A DNA stretch of 64,000 bases from Squalus acanthias (Eukaryota), in the NCBI GenBank assembly GCA_030390025.1, contig CM059447.1, positions 48,794,001-48,858,000 on the forward strand, read 5' to 3'. Below the pieces are notes generated by a model. The model worked only from the letters and a program-made list of their open reading frames with translations, was not told the DNA's origin and did not search any database. Both the position numbers and the translations under genes were made by a program. Positions 50,775 through 63,309 of the stretch are shown in pieces. The number at the start of each line of letters is the position of its first letter. Position 1 is the stretch's first letter.

Positions 50775-51695
50775 TTGACACCACTGTGTCAGCTTTACCT
50801 CACCACGACTTCTCTCGACCACTCCACTCTCTCTAAATTGTCACACTGCTTGTCCAACATCCAACGCTGGATGAGCAGAATTTCCTCCAACTAAATATTG
50901 GGAAGACCAAAGCCATTCTCTTCAGTCTCCGCCACAATTTCCGTTCCCTCACCACCGACTCCATCCCTCTCCCTGGGAAATGTCTGAGATTTATACAGAC
51001 TGTTGGCAACCATGGTGTCATATCTGACCTCGACATGAGCTTCCGACCACATATCCATGCCATAAGTAAGACAACATTTTTCCACCTCAATAACATCGCC
51101 TGACTCCACCGCGCCTCAGCTCATCAGCTGCTGAAACCCTCATGCGCAACACTTTTTACTTCTAGTCTTTACTATACCAACACACACCTGGCCGGCCTCC
51201 CACTTTCTTCCCTCTGTAAACTTGAGACCATCCAAAACATGCACCAAGTCCCTTCACCCCTGTGCTCGCTGACCTACATTGGCTCATGGTTAAGTAACAC
51301 CTCCATTTTAAAATGAGCATTCTTGTTTTCAAATCCCTCCATGTTCTCACCCCTCCTTATCTCTGTCATCTCCTCCAGCCCGACAACATTCCGAGATATC
51401 TGCGTTCTTCCAATTCTGGCCTCTTGCACATCGCCCCACCATTGGTGGCAATGCTTTCAGCTGCCTAGGCCCTCAGCTCTGGACTTCCCTCGCTGCACCT
51501 CTCTTCTTCTCTACCTCTCTTTCCGCCTTCAAGTCACTCCTTAAAACCTGCCTCTTTGACCTAGTTTTTGGTCTTCGGCCCTAATATCTCCTTATGTAGC
51601 TCGGAGTCAAACTTCATTGATAACACTCCTGTGAAGTAACTTTGGACGTTTTACTACATTAAAGGTGCTATATGAATACAAGTTGTTGTTGTTGT
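50775..51695 (+). mobile_element. L2 LINE 3' fragment belonging to the cluster repeat unit (counterpart from ~63310)
   Basis: L2 RT remnants and (GTT)n tail; same insertion position in both clusters. Confidence 0.8.
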
Positions 51696-52239
51696 TGAAG
51701 GTGGGACGGGACTTTAGGCAGGATTCACATCGAACAGTCTACCTTACAGCAAACAAACTCTATTTATTCAGCAAATCGAGTGTATTTAAGCAGCGCATGA
51801 CAGCTAACAGTCTACAGGGTCTATTTAAAAAGAGCATGTACAAACTACAGCAAACAGAACTCGTGACTGGAACTAAGCAACTTCGCCCGATAAAAGCTGG
51901 GTGATTTCTCCAGCATAATGCAGTGAGTCGAGGATAATTAGAGAATACAAATTATGTGCGTAAAATGTTACTGTTATATATTTAGGTGTTACCCAGAGGA
52001 GCTATGAGCTTTTTCCAGTATTTATTATGCTATCTAATGCCATAATTGAGGTGAATACATCGCATCTACTTACACAGAAGTAAATTGTGCAGGAGAAATG
52101 TAGCAATGGGGAAGTGGACATGTACTAAATCACCAACACTGGAGATTAATATGGAAAGAAGGAAACGTGAGGGATTATTAATTATTACTAGTAAAGTGCG
52201 CCTTTCTGGAAACATGTTGACAGGGTTTATAGCTCAATT

Positions 52240-52556
52240 TCAGTTAGTAAAGGGGGTGCAGGAACAGAGAGACCTGGAGTTCAGGTACACCCATCTTTGA
52301 AGGTCGCAGGAAAAGTTGCGAAGGCTGTTAAAATATAGGTATAGATGACAAAACAAGGGCGTTATGATAAACCTTAATAAACACTGGTTAGGTCTCAGCT
52401 GGAGTATTGTGTTCAATTCTGGGCACCACACTTTAAGAAAGATGTCAAGACCTTGCAGAGGAGATTTACTAGAATGGTACCAGGGATGAGGCACTTCACT
52501 TATGTGGAGAGACTGAAATAGTTCTCCTTAGAGCAGGGAGGGTTGAGGGGAGATTT
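52240..52556 (+). mobile_element. Degenerate CR1 fragment
   Basis: CTGGAGTATTGTGTTCAATTCTGGGCACCACAC ([11 protein letters not shown]). Confidence 0.65.
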
Positions 52557-53236
52557 CGATGCTGGGTTTCCTGAGCACCGGGAAACACGGCTCGCAGCCG
52601 TTAAATTCAAGTCAGTCTCCCAACTGCACTGTGGGAGCCTGATTTAAATATTATAGTGAGGTTTCCCGCCTGAGAGCTTAGATATGGCAGCAGGAGATGA
52701 TGCAGTGGGTTCAGGTGGGGTTAGCTTATTGTCATATGTAACACACCCAAACCTCTCCCGCCCATCTTATTCCCATCCATTCCCCCAATAGAGTTCCCAG
52801 GTCCTATTGCGTTCAGGAATGAATTGCTGGGTCAATAAAGTAATCTAAGAGCACTGTATGTAGGCTACAGAGCACCAACAACAACATGTTTTTATACAGC
52901 GCCTTTAACGTAGTAAAACGTCCAAAGATGCTGCACGGGAGCGCTTAACAAACAAAATGTGTCACCGATCCACATAAGGAGATATTGGGACAAGTGACCA
53001 AAAACTTGCTCAGAGAGGTGGGTTATAAGGAGGGTCTTAAAGGTGAAGAGAGAGGCGGAGAGGTTTAGAGAAGGGCTCAGGACAGATTGGGATCCACGAA
53101 GTTTTGCTACCAACAGTTAAAATGTGAAATCTTCAGAAATTTGCGGGGGAATCTAACAGGTGGAGCACTTTAAGTGACAGGAGTGTCATTCCGCCGCATT
53201 CACAGCTCCAGGATTGTCCTTTCGCTTTGGAGTCAA

Positions 53237-53611
53237 GGCCGGTACTTTGCTTAGCTGGGCGGGTCCGGTGCGGACAGTGGCCATGGTGGGTCGCGACCCC
53301 ACCGCTGGCTCCATCCCGCTGCTGAAAATTAACTCACCTTAAGGGGGGCAATTAAGCCCTATCAGCGCGTTACCCGGCCCAATGAGATGGAGCGGGTCAG
53401 ATGACGTCATTCATGACGCGTTATCAACCAGCATCTTTAAAGGGACCATGGCCACATCACAGTTGAAGTTTAATCTAACATAGTGCTGTCGTTGCACTAA
53501 GGGGCATGCGGGCGAGATGACAGCGGGATCCTGACCCGCTGACAAAAAAATAAAAATTCCCTCCCGACCCCCCACCGATCTCGCCCGCTATCACACCGGA
53601 AAATACCGGCT
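53237..53611. mobile_element. MITE, Harbinger-related
   Basis: Terminal inverted repeats GGCCGGTACTTT / AAAATACCGGCT; subterminal similarity to the neighbouring element. Confidence 0.55.
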
Positions 53612-53664
53612 GGGTCTGTACCGAGTTCTAAACGACTCCAACCTAAAGTCTAACTGTAATCTTA

Positions 53665-55454
53665 GGGGGGAATTTTCCTGGGGTTCAGCGGCGGGATCGG
53701 TAGCGGGTCAGGAGGGAAAATGTTTTTTTACAGTGGTCGGGATCCCGCTGTCAACCCGCCACCTCGCGCATTTACCAAATGTCGGTCCGTCAGCGCTAAA
53801 CAGACCCGACATGTGGCGGCGGCGGAGGCAATTCAGGTCATTATCACCTTGTTAACAGAGCAGTAACAACAATTTTGAGCTCACATTTGGAACTTACCAG
53901 CTTGCCAACGGGGTCCACGCTGATGGGGCATCACGTCTGTTAAGCTGGGCGGGAGTTGAATCGCCATCTCATTACTTGACATCTGGAAATGTGCTATAAA
54001 ATCTCCCATCTCACAGCTGCTCACTTTCCAAACTCAAAAGCTGTTGCTTACTGCATTTGGAAGAGAGATTGAGCTTTAAGCAGATTTCAAGTGTTTGGAG
54101 CAAACTCGTTCATAGTACGTGTAATTATTACGTATGCACGCAGGGTTAATATGTAACCTCGTGTCACCTCATTGGAACAACCTCTTTCAGCATTGACAGA
54201 TTCCTTCTCTCATCTCAAGTTCACCTGCCATCTATTCCATCAGCATGGGTACGGTTTATACTCTCCCACCTTGGTCCTCATAATCTGAGCACAATCAGCC
54301 GCAACACCAGCATCACCAGGCACACCAGCAGCACCAACAACAACACCAACCTTCTCCGTAATCAACTGATGCTGCACAGGACAGAGGGCATCAGCACCCG
54401 ACCACATTGCTTCCCGGGACGCCAGGAATGTCCTCACCGTGGCCACATATACTTCACTTGACGTTCCACACCCATATGGCTGCCACATGATGCGCCAGGT
54501 TGGCACCACCCCACACCAACAACGTAAAGCATCCCTACAATGCCCAAGCCATTCCTTTCTCACTCATCAGCATTGCGGGGGTGGGGGTACGATTATGCTT
54601 CATCATTCACTGCAACTCACAGATCACTTTCAAAGGTGCACACCAATCTGACGAAGTATAGAAGATGTGTAGAAAAAAAGATTTCCATGTCTTCTAACAG
54701 AAATTTCAAATGAAAATTGGCTAAAACACACAAGCGCCTATCCTTGTGTGTTGTTAGTTGGCATGATTGGACTAGGATGAGGGTGAGTGTGAGTGGTGTC
54801 TAGTGATATGTGGAAGTGAGAATGTAGATAGAGAGGGATGGGTAGAGGTGCAAGGTAAGTTGGTGTGAGTAAGGCTGTGCAGCAGTAGGACAGGGAAGAC
54901 AGAGGCATGGAGATGTGATGAGTGGCACAGCAGGTTAAGGTTGAGTGTGTCTTTGCATTAACATTTCGTGTTCTTCTGAGATCATTGAAAGATTTGCGCC
55001 ATTGAAGCCTGGTCCTCTTGACGATATCCCTGCTTGTGTCCTCCTGTGCAATGTGCAACCAGGTTGCGTTGGTCTCCTGGGGAGGTCTCATTGGAAGGGA
55101 AAAGAGCCTTCCTACGTGCTCTGAAGGGAGTCATGGGAGAGCGTGGGTGCAGCTGTGCACCTCTGTGAAATGCTTATCAATGTTTGCAGCACCTCAATGC
55201 TGCAGAACAGGAACAGCACAAATGTGAAAGTAAATTTGCGCATGGTCGCTTTAAGAAAACCGGCTGATGACGCGGCATAAAATGACGTCATCAGACCCGC
55301 TTCCTTCAATTGGCTGGGAAACTCGCAAAACGGGATTAACAAGCCCAATCATGGGCAAGTCATGTAGGAGGCCGAGATTGATCCAGCAGCGAGGCCGCGA
55401 CCCGCCAACGATCTCGCCCGCCACGGACCCGCCCAGTTAGGGGAAATCGCGGCC
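53665..55454. mobile_element. Degenerate PIF/Harbinger DNA transposon
   Basis: Imperfect GC-rich TIRs flanked by TTA/TAA; minus-strand Myb/SANT-like remnant TWLHIAQE..RTRLQWRKSFNDL (54738-55091). Confidence 0.6.
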
Positions 55455-56239
55455 TAAGTGTCTCCACAGGGAGTCTTTGACAAAGACCTACTATACTGTG
55501 TGGGAATTGTTTATCTTTTCCTCTTTTGCCGCCCCGCGTGTAGTTCCTAAACTATCCTCCAGTTCCAAGTTCACAGCCCAGCCCAAAGACCCTGACCATA
55601 CGTTCATTATCTGTGCTTTTCCGACCCGGATGATGTCCCCTTTCAATACTTGATTGAGCAACGGAATCAGACTGAGTTTTAGCAATCTCTTTCGTAATCT
55701 AACCCCAGAATGATGCGTGGCGCTCTTTAATGAATGGCCTGCAATGGAATAATTTCACTTTTCAAGCTACTGCGCCAAAGTGACACATGGGGTCTCAGCA
55801 ACGATCTACAGAAGCTTAAGGTTTGGAAATCAAACAGCCACGTGATGTGTGGTGTCAGAATAATCCTTATCCTTCACTTTAATATATACTGGTGGATCAA
55901 GAGATAGAGAGATTAATAATCTTTATTTATCAATACACTTATAGAAACTTAGCACCTCCAGTGCTATGAGAATGACCTCAATTGTACTCACAAGCTCAGC
56001 TATTTAATTATGCAAGGTAAGCAAGTTGATCGTAGGTCAGCACGTTCATAACACGTGTGATAATTACGTACGCACGCAGGGTTAATATGTATGTTCGTTG
56101 GTGCTGACGCATGCTACTCGCAGTCCCGCCTCCTCCCACCAGCCTTGCACATGCTCATTGGCGACATTCTCTGTCCATTGTTCTCTGGACATTTCACATG
56201 TAAGATTCACCATATTCAGAATCCTCACTTGCTGATCTA

Positions 56240-57460
56240 GGAGCACAGGAACAGGAGTAGATCCACAGTGGATTACCTCACACTTCCCCACATTGAGCGA
56301 CATCTGTCATATTTCACTCCTCTCACTGCCTGTACATATCCCCTTCCAAATTGTTGCTCCCATCTACACAAGTTACTGTGCCTCCTAATTTAACACCACC
56401 TGCAAACTTGGATATACAACTCCCTATTCCTTCATCCAACTCATTAATATATACAGTGGAAAGATTGAGGCCCCAGAACAGATCCCTGGGGAACACCACT
56501 TGTCACATCCCGCCAATCTGAGTACCTACTCTTTATCCCGACTCTCTGTCTCTTACTTCTCATCCAAACGCCAGCCCAGATCAATAGGCTCCCCCAATTC
56601 CATGCAGTCGCAACTTGGCCAATAATCTTTAATGTGGAACCTTATTGAAGGCCTTCTGGGAGTCCATATAGATAACATCCATAGACACTCCTTTCTCTAT
56701 CTGATTAGTGACCTCCTCAAGAAATGCAACTACATTAGTCAGACATGATTTACCTTTAAGAAAGCCATGTTGGCCCGCTCTGATCAGCTCATATTTGCAG
56801 AAGTGGTCAGTCACTCTATCCTTAATGACAGATTCTGTTAACTTCCCCACAACTGACGTTAATCTGACAGGCCGATAGTGGCCTGGCTTCTCTCTCCCAC
56901 CCTTCTTCAATAATCCAGTATCTGGAGCACTGTGTACAGTTTCTGGACACACCATCTCAGAAAGGATATATTGGAGGGAGTTCAGCACAGATTCACCAGA
57001 ATGATACCAGGGATCCAAGGGTTAAATTACGAGGAGAGATCAGATAAACTAGACTTGTATTGGCTGGAATATGTAATGTTAAGGGGTGATTTGATTGAGG
57101 TTTTTAGGATTTTGTAAGGGATTGATAGGGTAGACAGAGAGAAACTACTCCTCCGGTGGGGGGACGTCCAGAACAAGGAAGCATAACCTTAAAATTCAGA
57201 GTTCCAGTAGGGAATTCAGGAGCAACCTTTTATACCCAGAGATTGCTGAGAATGTGGAACTCGCAACCATATGGAATAGTTGAGTCGAATAGTATAGAAG
57301 CATTTAAGGGGAAGCTCGATGAGTACAAGGGGGAGACAGGAATCGAAGGATATGTTAATGGAGTGAGGTGAATGGGGGTGGGAGGAGGCTCGTGTGGAGC
57401 ATAAACACAGGCATAGACTGATTGGTCTGAATGGCCTGTTTGTGCTGTACATTCCATGTA
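56240..57460. mobile_element. Two CR1 fragments (minus ~56240-56905, plus ~56915-57460)
   Basis: YRPVRLTSVVGKL..QHGFLKGKSCLTN..DSQKAFNKVPH (minus); VQHRFTRMIPG..RGDLIEVF (plus). Confidence 0.8.
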
Positions 57461-57832
57461 ATCCACTCAATGTCCCTTTAAGTGCTGAGTAAAGACGGAC
57501 CATTTTCAGCTCGTGGCAGCATTTCATGTTTATTAAGAGCTGTGCTACACAAGTTCCCAATCACAATATGGTCACAGACTAAAGGGAAATCTGTCCCCAT
57601 TCTACACACAGCGAAAGTTTACACACAAGATAATGGGGACAGTTGTACAGAAAGTTCCATCTCACAATCATTTCGTTCTCTTCTGATATTATTAAACATT
57701 CTGATTGTTTGCCAAAAACTGAAATTGCTACAGCGATTACATTGCAAAAAAGTGGATTGCACACATCGAATGCTCTGTTTAATTACATTCAACACTGGCA
57801 AAAATCAAACTCCACTGCCAACTTGCAGCGCC

Positions 57833-58161
57833 TCAGTCTGAACACGAGGAGGCGCTGATGGTCTTGAGAAGAGGTGAGCTCAGGGAGCCGTGGCTGACGC
57901 TGCAGGAATAGCTGGAGCCCTTGTTCCAGGCGGCGGCGGGGACTCTCATGTAACTGCTCAGGCTGTAGGTTTGATCGCTGTCCGGGGACACGGCGCCTGT
58001 CGTCACCCCGCTGTCTGTCTCTTGGCCATCCACGCTCCAGCGGAGCCGCACCAAGCCCGGCTTAAAGCGACTCACCAGGCAGGACAGAGTGGCCGAGCCC
58101 GAGCCGATTTCTTCCGAGGAGGGAGGGAGGAGAAGAACCGAGGGGCTTCGATCCTCGCTGC
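57833..58161 (-). CDS. Ig light chain type I (sigma-cart) constant exon
   Basis: CCCACACAG acceptor, phase 1; SEDRSPSVLLLPPSSEEIGSGSATLSCLVSRFKPG..YSLSSYMRVPAAAWNKGSSYSCSVSHGSLSSPLLKTISASSCSD*; closely resembles horn shark type I CL as recalled; ATTAAA at 57778-57783. Confidence 0.92.
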
Positions 58162-61100
58162 CTGTGTGGGGGGGCAGAGAAAATTCATTAGTTTATGGAA
58201 TCCGTCATCAGTGGGACGCTCTGATCCAAAATCAAAGACGCCAAAGAACCCCGAACAACATTCACTTTAAAATAAATTACTGATTAATACAGGAGTTCCA
58301 ATAAATTCTTAAATCTCTAATTCCTCTGCTCCTCTGCCAATTCTTTTGCCTACATTACAACAGTGACTTGGTTCAAACGTACTTCATTGTCTGTAAAGCG
58401 CTTTGGGACGTCCTGAGGTCGTGAAAGGAGCTGTAGACATACAAGTCTTCCTTTCTTTCTTTGTCACTTTCCTTCAACAGAAAATGCTGGAAATACAGAC
58501 CGGGTCAGTCAGCATGTGTGAGGCGGAAAGATCAGTAACTGACCAGTTCAGATGCAGGTTACACCCCCGGAACCGCACTAACCTGTCTGTTCCCGTTACA
58601 GACACTAACCGACCGGCCGTGTATTCCCAGCATTTTCTGTTTTTATTTGATTTTCTATCATTGCAGTTTTTTCCTTTTTACTTGAATATAATAAAGGGTT
58701 TGATTGTCTTAAAATGCGATGTGTTAACATTAAAGTGGTGAATTCACGGAGCAGTGACCCGATTTTCACCGAGAGTCCACATATGTTCTGATATCTCAAA
58801 CTGATGAAGCCCTTTCAAAGAGCCGCCAGGGGCACGATGGGCCGAATGGCCTCCTTCTGTGCTGTATCATTCTGTAAGACTCTGGAATTTTTTTTAACAA
58901 TTCATATTTTTTAGAATTGCGTGTTAGAAACTGATCGGCTTTAAATGTTGCGGCGATGATAATTGAGCCGGGTCTGTTACCGGGTCTGCTGAAGAGCTCA
59001 CTGAATAAAGAGAGGACATGGTACACGGGCTGGGAATTAATGTAGTGACTCTGCTTAACAATATTGTGAATGGATTACAAAGAATTACACAGAATATACA
59101 GCACACAAACAGGCCATTCGGCCCAACCAGTCCATGCCGGTGTTTATGTTCCACTCGAGCCTCCTCCCTTACTTCCACATCTAACTCTATCAGCATAACC
59201 CTCTATTCCCTTCCCCCTCATGTGTTTATCTAGCTTCCCCTTAAATGCATCTATACTATTCGCTTCAACCACTCCCTGTGGTAGCGAGTTCCACATTCTC
59301 CCCACTCTCTGGGTAAAGAATTTTCTCCTGAATTACCTATTTGATTTCTTGGTGACTATCTTATATTGATGGTTTCTAGTTATCCTCTTCCCCACAAGTG
59401 GAAACATTCTCTCTGTGTCTACTCCATCAAAATCTTTCATCATTTTAAAGATCTCTATTCGGTCACCCCTCAGCCTTTTTTTTGATGAAGGGTTTTCACT
59501 GTTCGATATTTCTAGTGAAAGGGGGAACAAGGGTTGTAAAAGATTCTCGCTACAGAGGTAAGTAAATATTGCTCCCCGCGCGGGTGAACTGATTTCTCTC
59601 TCGGGATCAGCTCAGTCTCGCTGGTCCCGGAGCGATCCGTTCAACACTGGGCGGTAGCGGGACCCGACACAGCGACCCAGGAGAATCGGCGCTATTCCCT
59701 GGGGGGACACTGGACAGGGAGAGTCAGCAGACACAGCCTGGGGGAGGTGAGAGGGTCAGCAGCGAGAGAATGAGATGGAGAGAAAGTTCCCTTCAACAAG
59801 CATCACCCAGTCTCACTCACACACACGGGGCTGGTCAGTAATTGTCACTGCGCCGTTCCATGGTAAAGCGGCGGTTCTGCTCTATAAACAGCGGGGAGAT
59901 TGCGAATAATGAGATCAGACAGATTAAATATCGCAGCAGGAAATTCAGAATAAAAGCGGTCCCGTCAAACGAATACAATCCCGACTAGTCCCGGTGTTGC
60001 TGGCGACAGGGAGTCGATCCAACCGGTTGTGTACTGCGACAGCGGGTCTCGGGAGGGTCCTCTCTCTCTCCCAGCCCAGAGCCTGACACCCGACCGCTGC
60101 GGTCAGGGGGACAATACGTCACAGGTATAAAACCAGCAGCAACATTGAAATTTGTAAATGACAGTAAATGGGTTGGGATTCCCCCAGGTGCTCTCCCGCC
60201 GGCTCCGGGCAATCTATTTAAAATCGGGCGGTGCCGACTCTGGACAATAGGAATAATTCCACATACACTAAGGGAAGAAGTAAGGCAGAACATAGAATCA
60301 CAGAGCACAGGAGGAGGCCATTCATCACATCGTGCCAGTGCTGACTGTTTGAAAGAGCTCTCCAATTAGTCCCACTCCGCTGCTCTTTCCCTATAACCCT
60401 GCAATTTTCTCCCTTCAAGTCTCAGTTTAACATAGTGACATATTCAGTGTCCACTGTCAGAACTTCACAGTGTAGCTCACAATTTGCCTTTCCCTCTCTA
60501 GCACTGTCTCTTGCTGCACTCGAATGATACCGGGGCTTAGTGGGTTAAATTACGAGGACGGGTTGCATAAATTTGGCTTGTGTTCTCTTGATTTTAGAAG
60601 ATTTGCGGGGGTGTTGATCGAAGTGTTTAAAATGTGAAAAAGGATTCGATCGGGTAGAGACAGAGAATCGATTCCCTCTGGTCGGAAAACCAAGAAACAG
60701 GGGAGCTCAATTAAAATTAGAGCCCGGCCATTCAGGAGGGAAGTACTTTTTCACACAGACTCGAGTGGCTGAATGGCCTCCTCCTGTTCCTATGTCGCTA
60801 TTTTATCAATCAGTGCCACTCTGAGGGCATTCAGCCCATCGTGCTTGTGCCGACTCTTTCAAAGAGCTCTCCAATTATTCCCACTCCCCTCCTCTCTGCC
60901 CATAGCCCTGCATTTGTCCCCTTCTAGTATTTATCCAATTCCCTTTTGAAAGTTACTATTGAATCTGCTTCCACCGCCCTTTCAGGCAACGCATTCCAGA
61001 TCACAACAACTCGCTGCGTAAAAAGAACACTTCTCCTCATCTCCCCTATTGAATGGGAGCAGGAAATGGTGTCAAACTTCATTTCAGCGCAGTATTATTC

Positions 61101-61272
61101 CCCGAGGCGCTTCAACAATTCCAATTCTGAGCAGTTTAAAATTTTCGTGGTATAAATAGATCCAACATCAAAATTCACTGAATTGAGGTTTCTCTGGCGC
61201 CCGGGAATGAAAGCGACTGCAAATTAATAATAATTGAAACAATGTGAATGATAGAATGAGAGAGTCACTTAC

Positions 61273-61626
61273 TCTTTATACTCATGACGGTCCCCGGTCC
61301 GAAGATGTATCCCGTGTCCCACACAGCACAGTAATAGACGGCGGAGTCACCGGGCACCAGGGTTCCGATGGTCAGAATGTAACTGTTACCCGAGGCGTCT
61401 CTGGAAGGTTGAAAACGGTCTGTGAAGCCGGTGCCTCGGTCGATGCTGTCATCGGTACCGTGAACGAGCACCCACACCGGAGCTTCCCCGGGTCGCTGTC
61501 GGTACCACCACACACCCTTGCTGCCCACAGCCCCGTTCTGCATCGCACACTGCAACCGGGCGGTCTGACCCGCGGAGACAGGATCGGATATTGGGGACTG
61601 ATTGAGGACGGGAGCCGCCAAGACAC
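61273..61626 (-). CDS. Ig light chain type I (NS5/sigma-cart), germline-joined VJ exon, copy 2 (splices to C at 57833-58161)
   Basis: PVLNQSPISDPVSAGQTARLQCAMQNGAVGSKGVWWYRQRPGEAPVWVL..YYCAVWDTGYIFGPGTVMSIK; no RSS; donor A|GTAAGT. Confidence 0.93.
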
Positions 61627-61778
61627 CTTCAATAAAAGAAAAAAGTCAACCCATTCAGAGACTTGGAGCAAATAGGACGTTCATGCGTCAATAAACACGG
61701 ATAGAAAACCGCTCGATTCTCGGTATTGAACCGATTTAGTTGCGGATAAACCCGTGACTAAAACCATCCGTCTCCCAC

Positions 61779-61827
61779 CTGTTGAATGGATCAGCAGAGC
61801 CCACAGGAGATGCATCGCTGGAGCCAT
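61779..61827 (-). CDS. Ig light-chain leader exon, copy 2
   Basis: MAPAMHLLWALLIHST(G); donor G|GTGGGA. Confidence 0.85.
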
Positions 61828-61943
61828 TTCCTCCGGAGAAGCGCCAACAGCCACCGCTCTAATTTCCGACTGAACCGTGCGCTCTTCCTGTAAACTCCGG
61901 GACCCGGTCCGGTTACAGTGTCTGCAAACCCGAGACTCCGGGT

Positions 61944-61967
61944 CTATTTATTACCCGGTATGCAAAT
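61944..61967 (-). promoter_or_regulatory. Ig V promoter octamer and TATA-like element, copy 2
   Basis: ATGCAAAT at 61960-61967, same spacing as copy 1. Confidence 0.8.
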
Positions 61968-63309
61968 GGCTAGGAGGGGCCAGGAAAAGGAAGGAGGCAG
62001 ATTTTCAATTCGGGTATTTTATAAATCTATTTGTGTCTGATTAAATTATTAAAATCTTCAACCTTTAATTTATAAAAATGTTTAAACTCCAATTGGAGTC
62101 TCTGTTAAGAGAAGGTTCCAAGATTTCGAAGACTTTTGCGTTAATGAATATTAAGTCTGTTTTCTACCCCAGAAAAATGAGGGGCGGATTGTAGAGATAC
62201 GGATCAGCTGATGCACTTCGGCCGGAATCGTTCTGATAACGCGCTGTTACTGTCTGACATACTGCATCAGATTTTAAAATAATCTTTTCCCCCTAAAATA
62301 AATTTTTCATAATAGACTAACGTCCCTTTCTCTAAATCAGCAGCAAGACAACCCTGAATTTGTCAATCCCTTTAAAATTGGGATTTCAATTGAGAAATAT
62401 GATTTGGGCTTCAGTCTTAAAAGAATTTCTGATGAGAATATTCCTGAGGCGGAGTAAAGAGCGAATTAGATGAATGAGAAAGAGGAGAAGAAAGCGGCAT
62501 TTTACAGCCTGCCCCGGATTAAAGAGAAGTTGTTCAATTATAGTCTGAGTCACCCCCTTTAAAACTCAGGAGGGCAAATAAAACTCGGCACAATATTAAT
62601 AAAATGACACCTTGCCTTTAATTTCCTGCGGGTACGATTAATGCGCGCAGCTCCCGTTTTAAACCCTGTTCCAGTTGAATTATTAAGCGGCGGGGTCAGT
62701 TGTTTCTGGGGCTCTGTGATGTTGAACACTTCCCCTGTTTGCAGTCAATCCCTAACTCCCCACACAGAGTCTTGATTCATGTTTTTAAAAGTCACATTGA
62801 AACTGGTTAGTGTCAGTTACTTGAGGGCGAAAGAAACATGCATCAAATTGTTAATAATTCGGTTGGCTCCAGATATTAGCGTCAAAGGAATAATATTTTT
62901 GTTTAATAAATATCTGAATTGTGTAACTGTGAAGTTAGGTATTCCCTTGCTCCTTAGAAAATCACACAGAGCGGCCGGAGGGATTCTTGCCCCGTGGAGT
63001 AGCCGGCACTGAATTCGGACAGGGATTGGTTCTCACCTGGACAAGGGGCTTTTCGGTGAAGCCCAGGTGCTTGGTTCTGTTTCTGCGCTTGAACTGATCA
63101 CTGATTCCTCTGGTCTGTTAGAATTATTAAAGGGGCTTTGGTGCTGTCTCTGGAGCTGCTTTCTCAACCTTGCACAGGTCCCAATAGCTCTGTCACTGCT
63201 GACACCGTCACGGCTGAATGGAGAACCAATCATCGCACTGCACCTTGGGAACTGTAGTTCCACATTGGGCAATAGCCAAGATCAGCGTGTCTATTGACAC
63301 CACTGTGTC

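Noticed and set aside
60466-60500. CACAGTG heptamer in the J-C intron as a possible RSS
   Set aside because: No nonamer at 12 or 23 spacing and no adjacent gene segment
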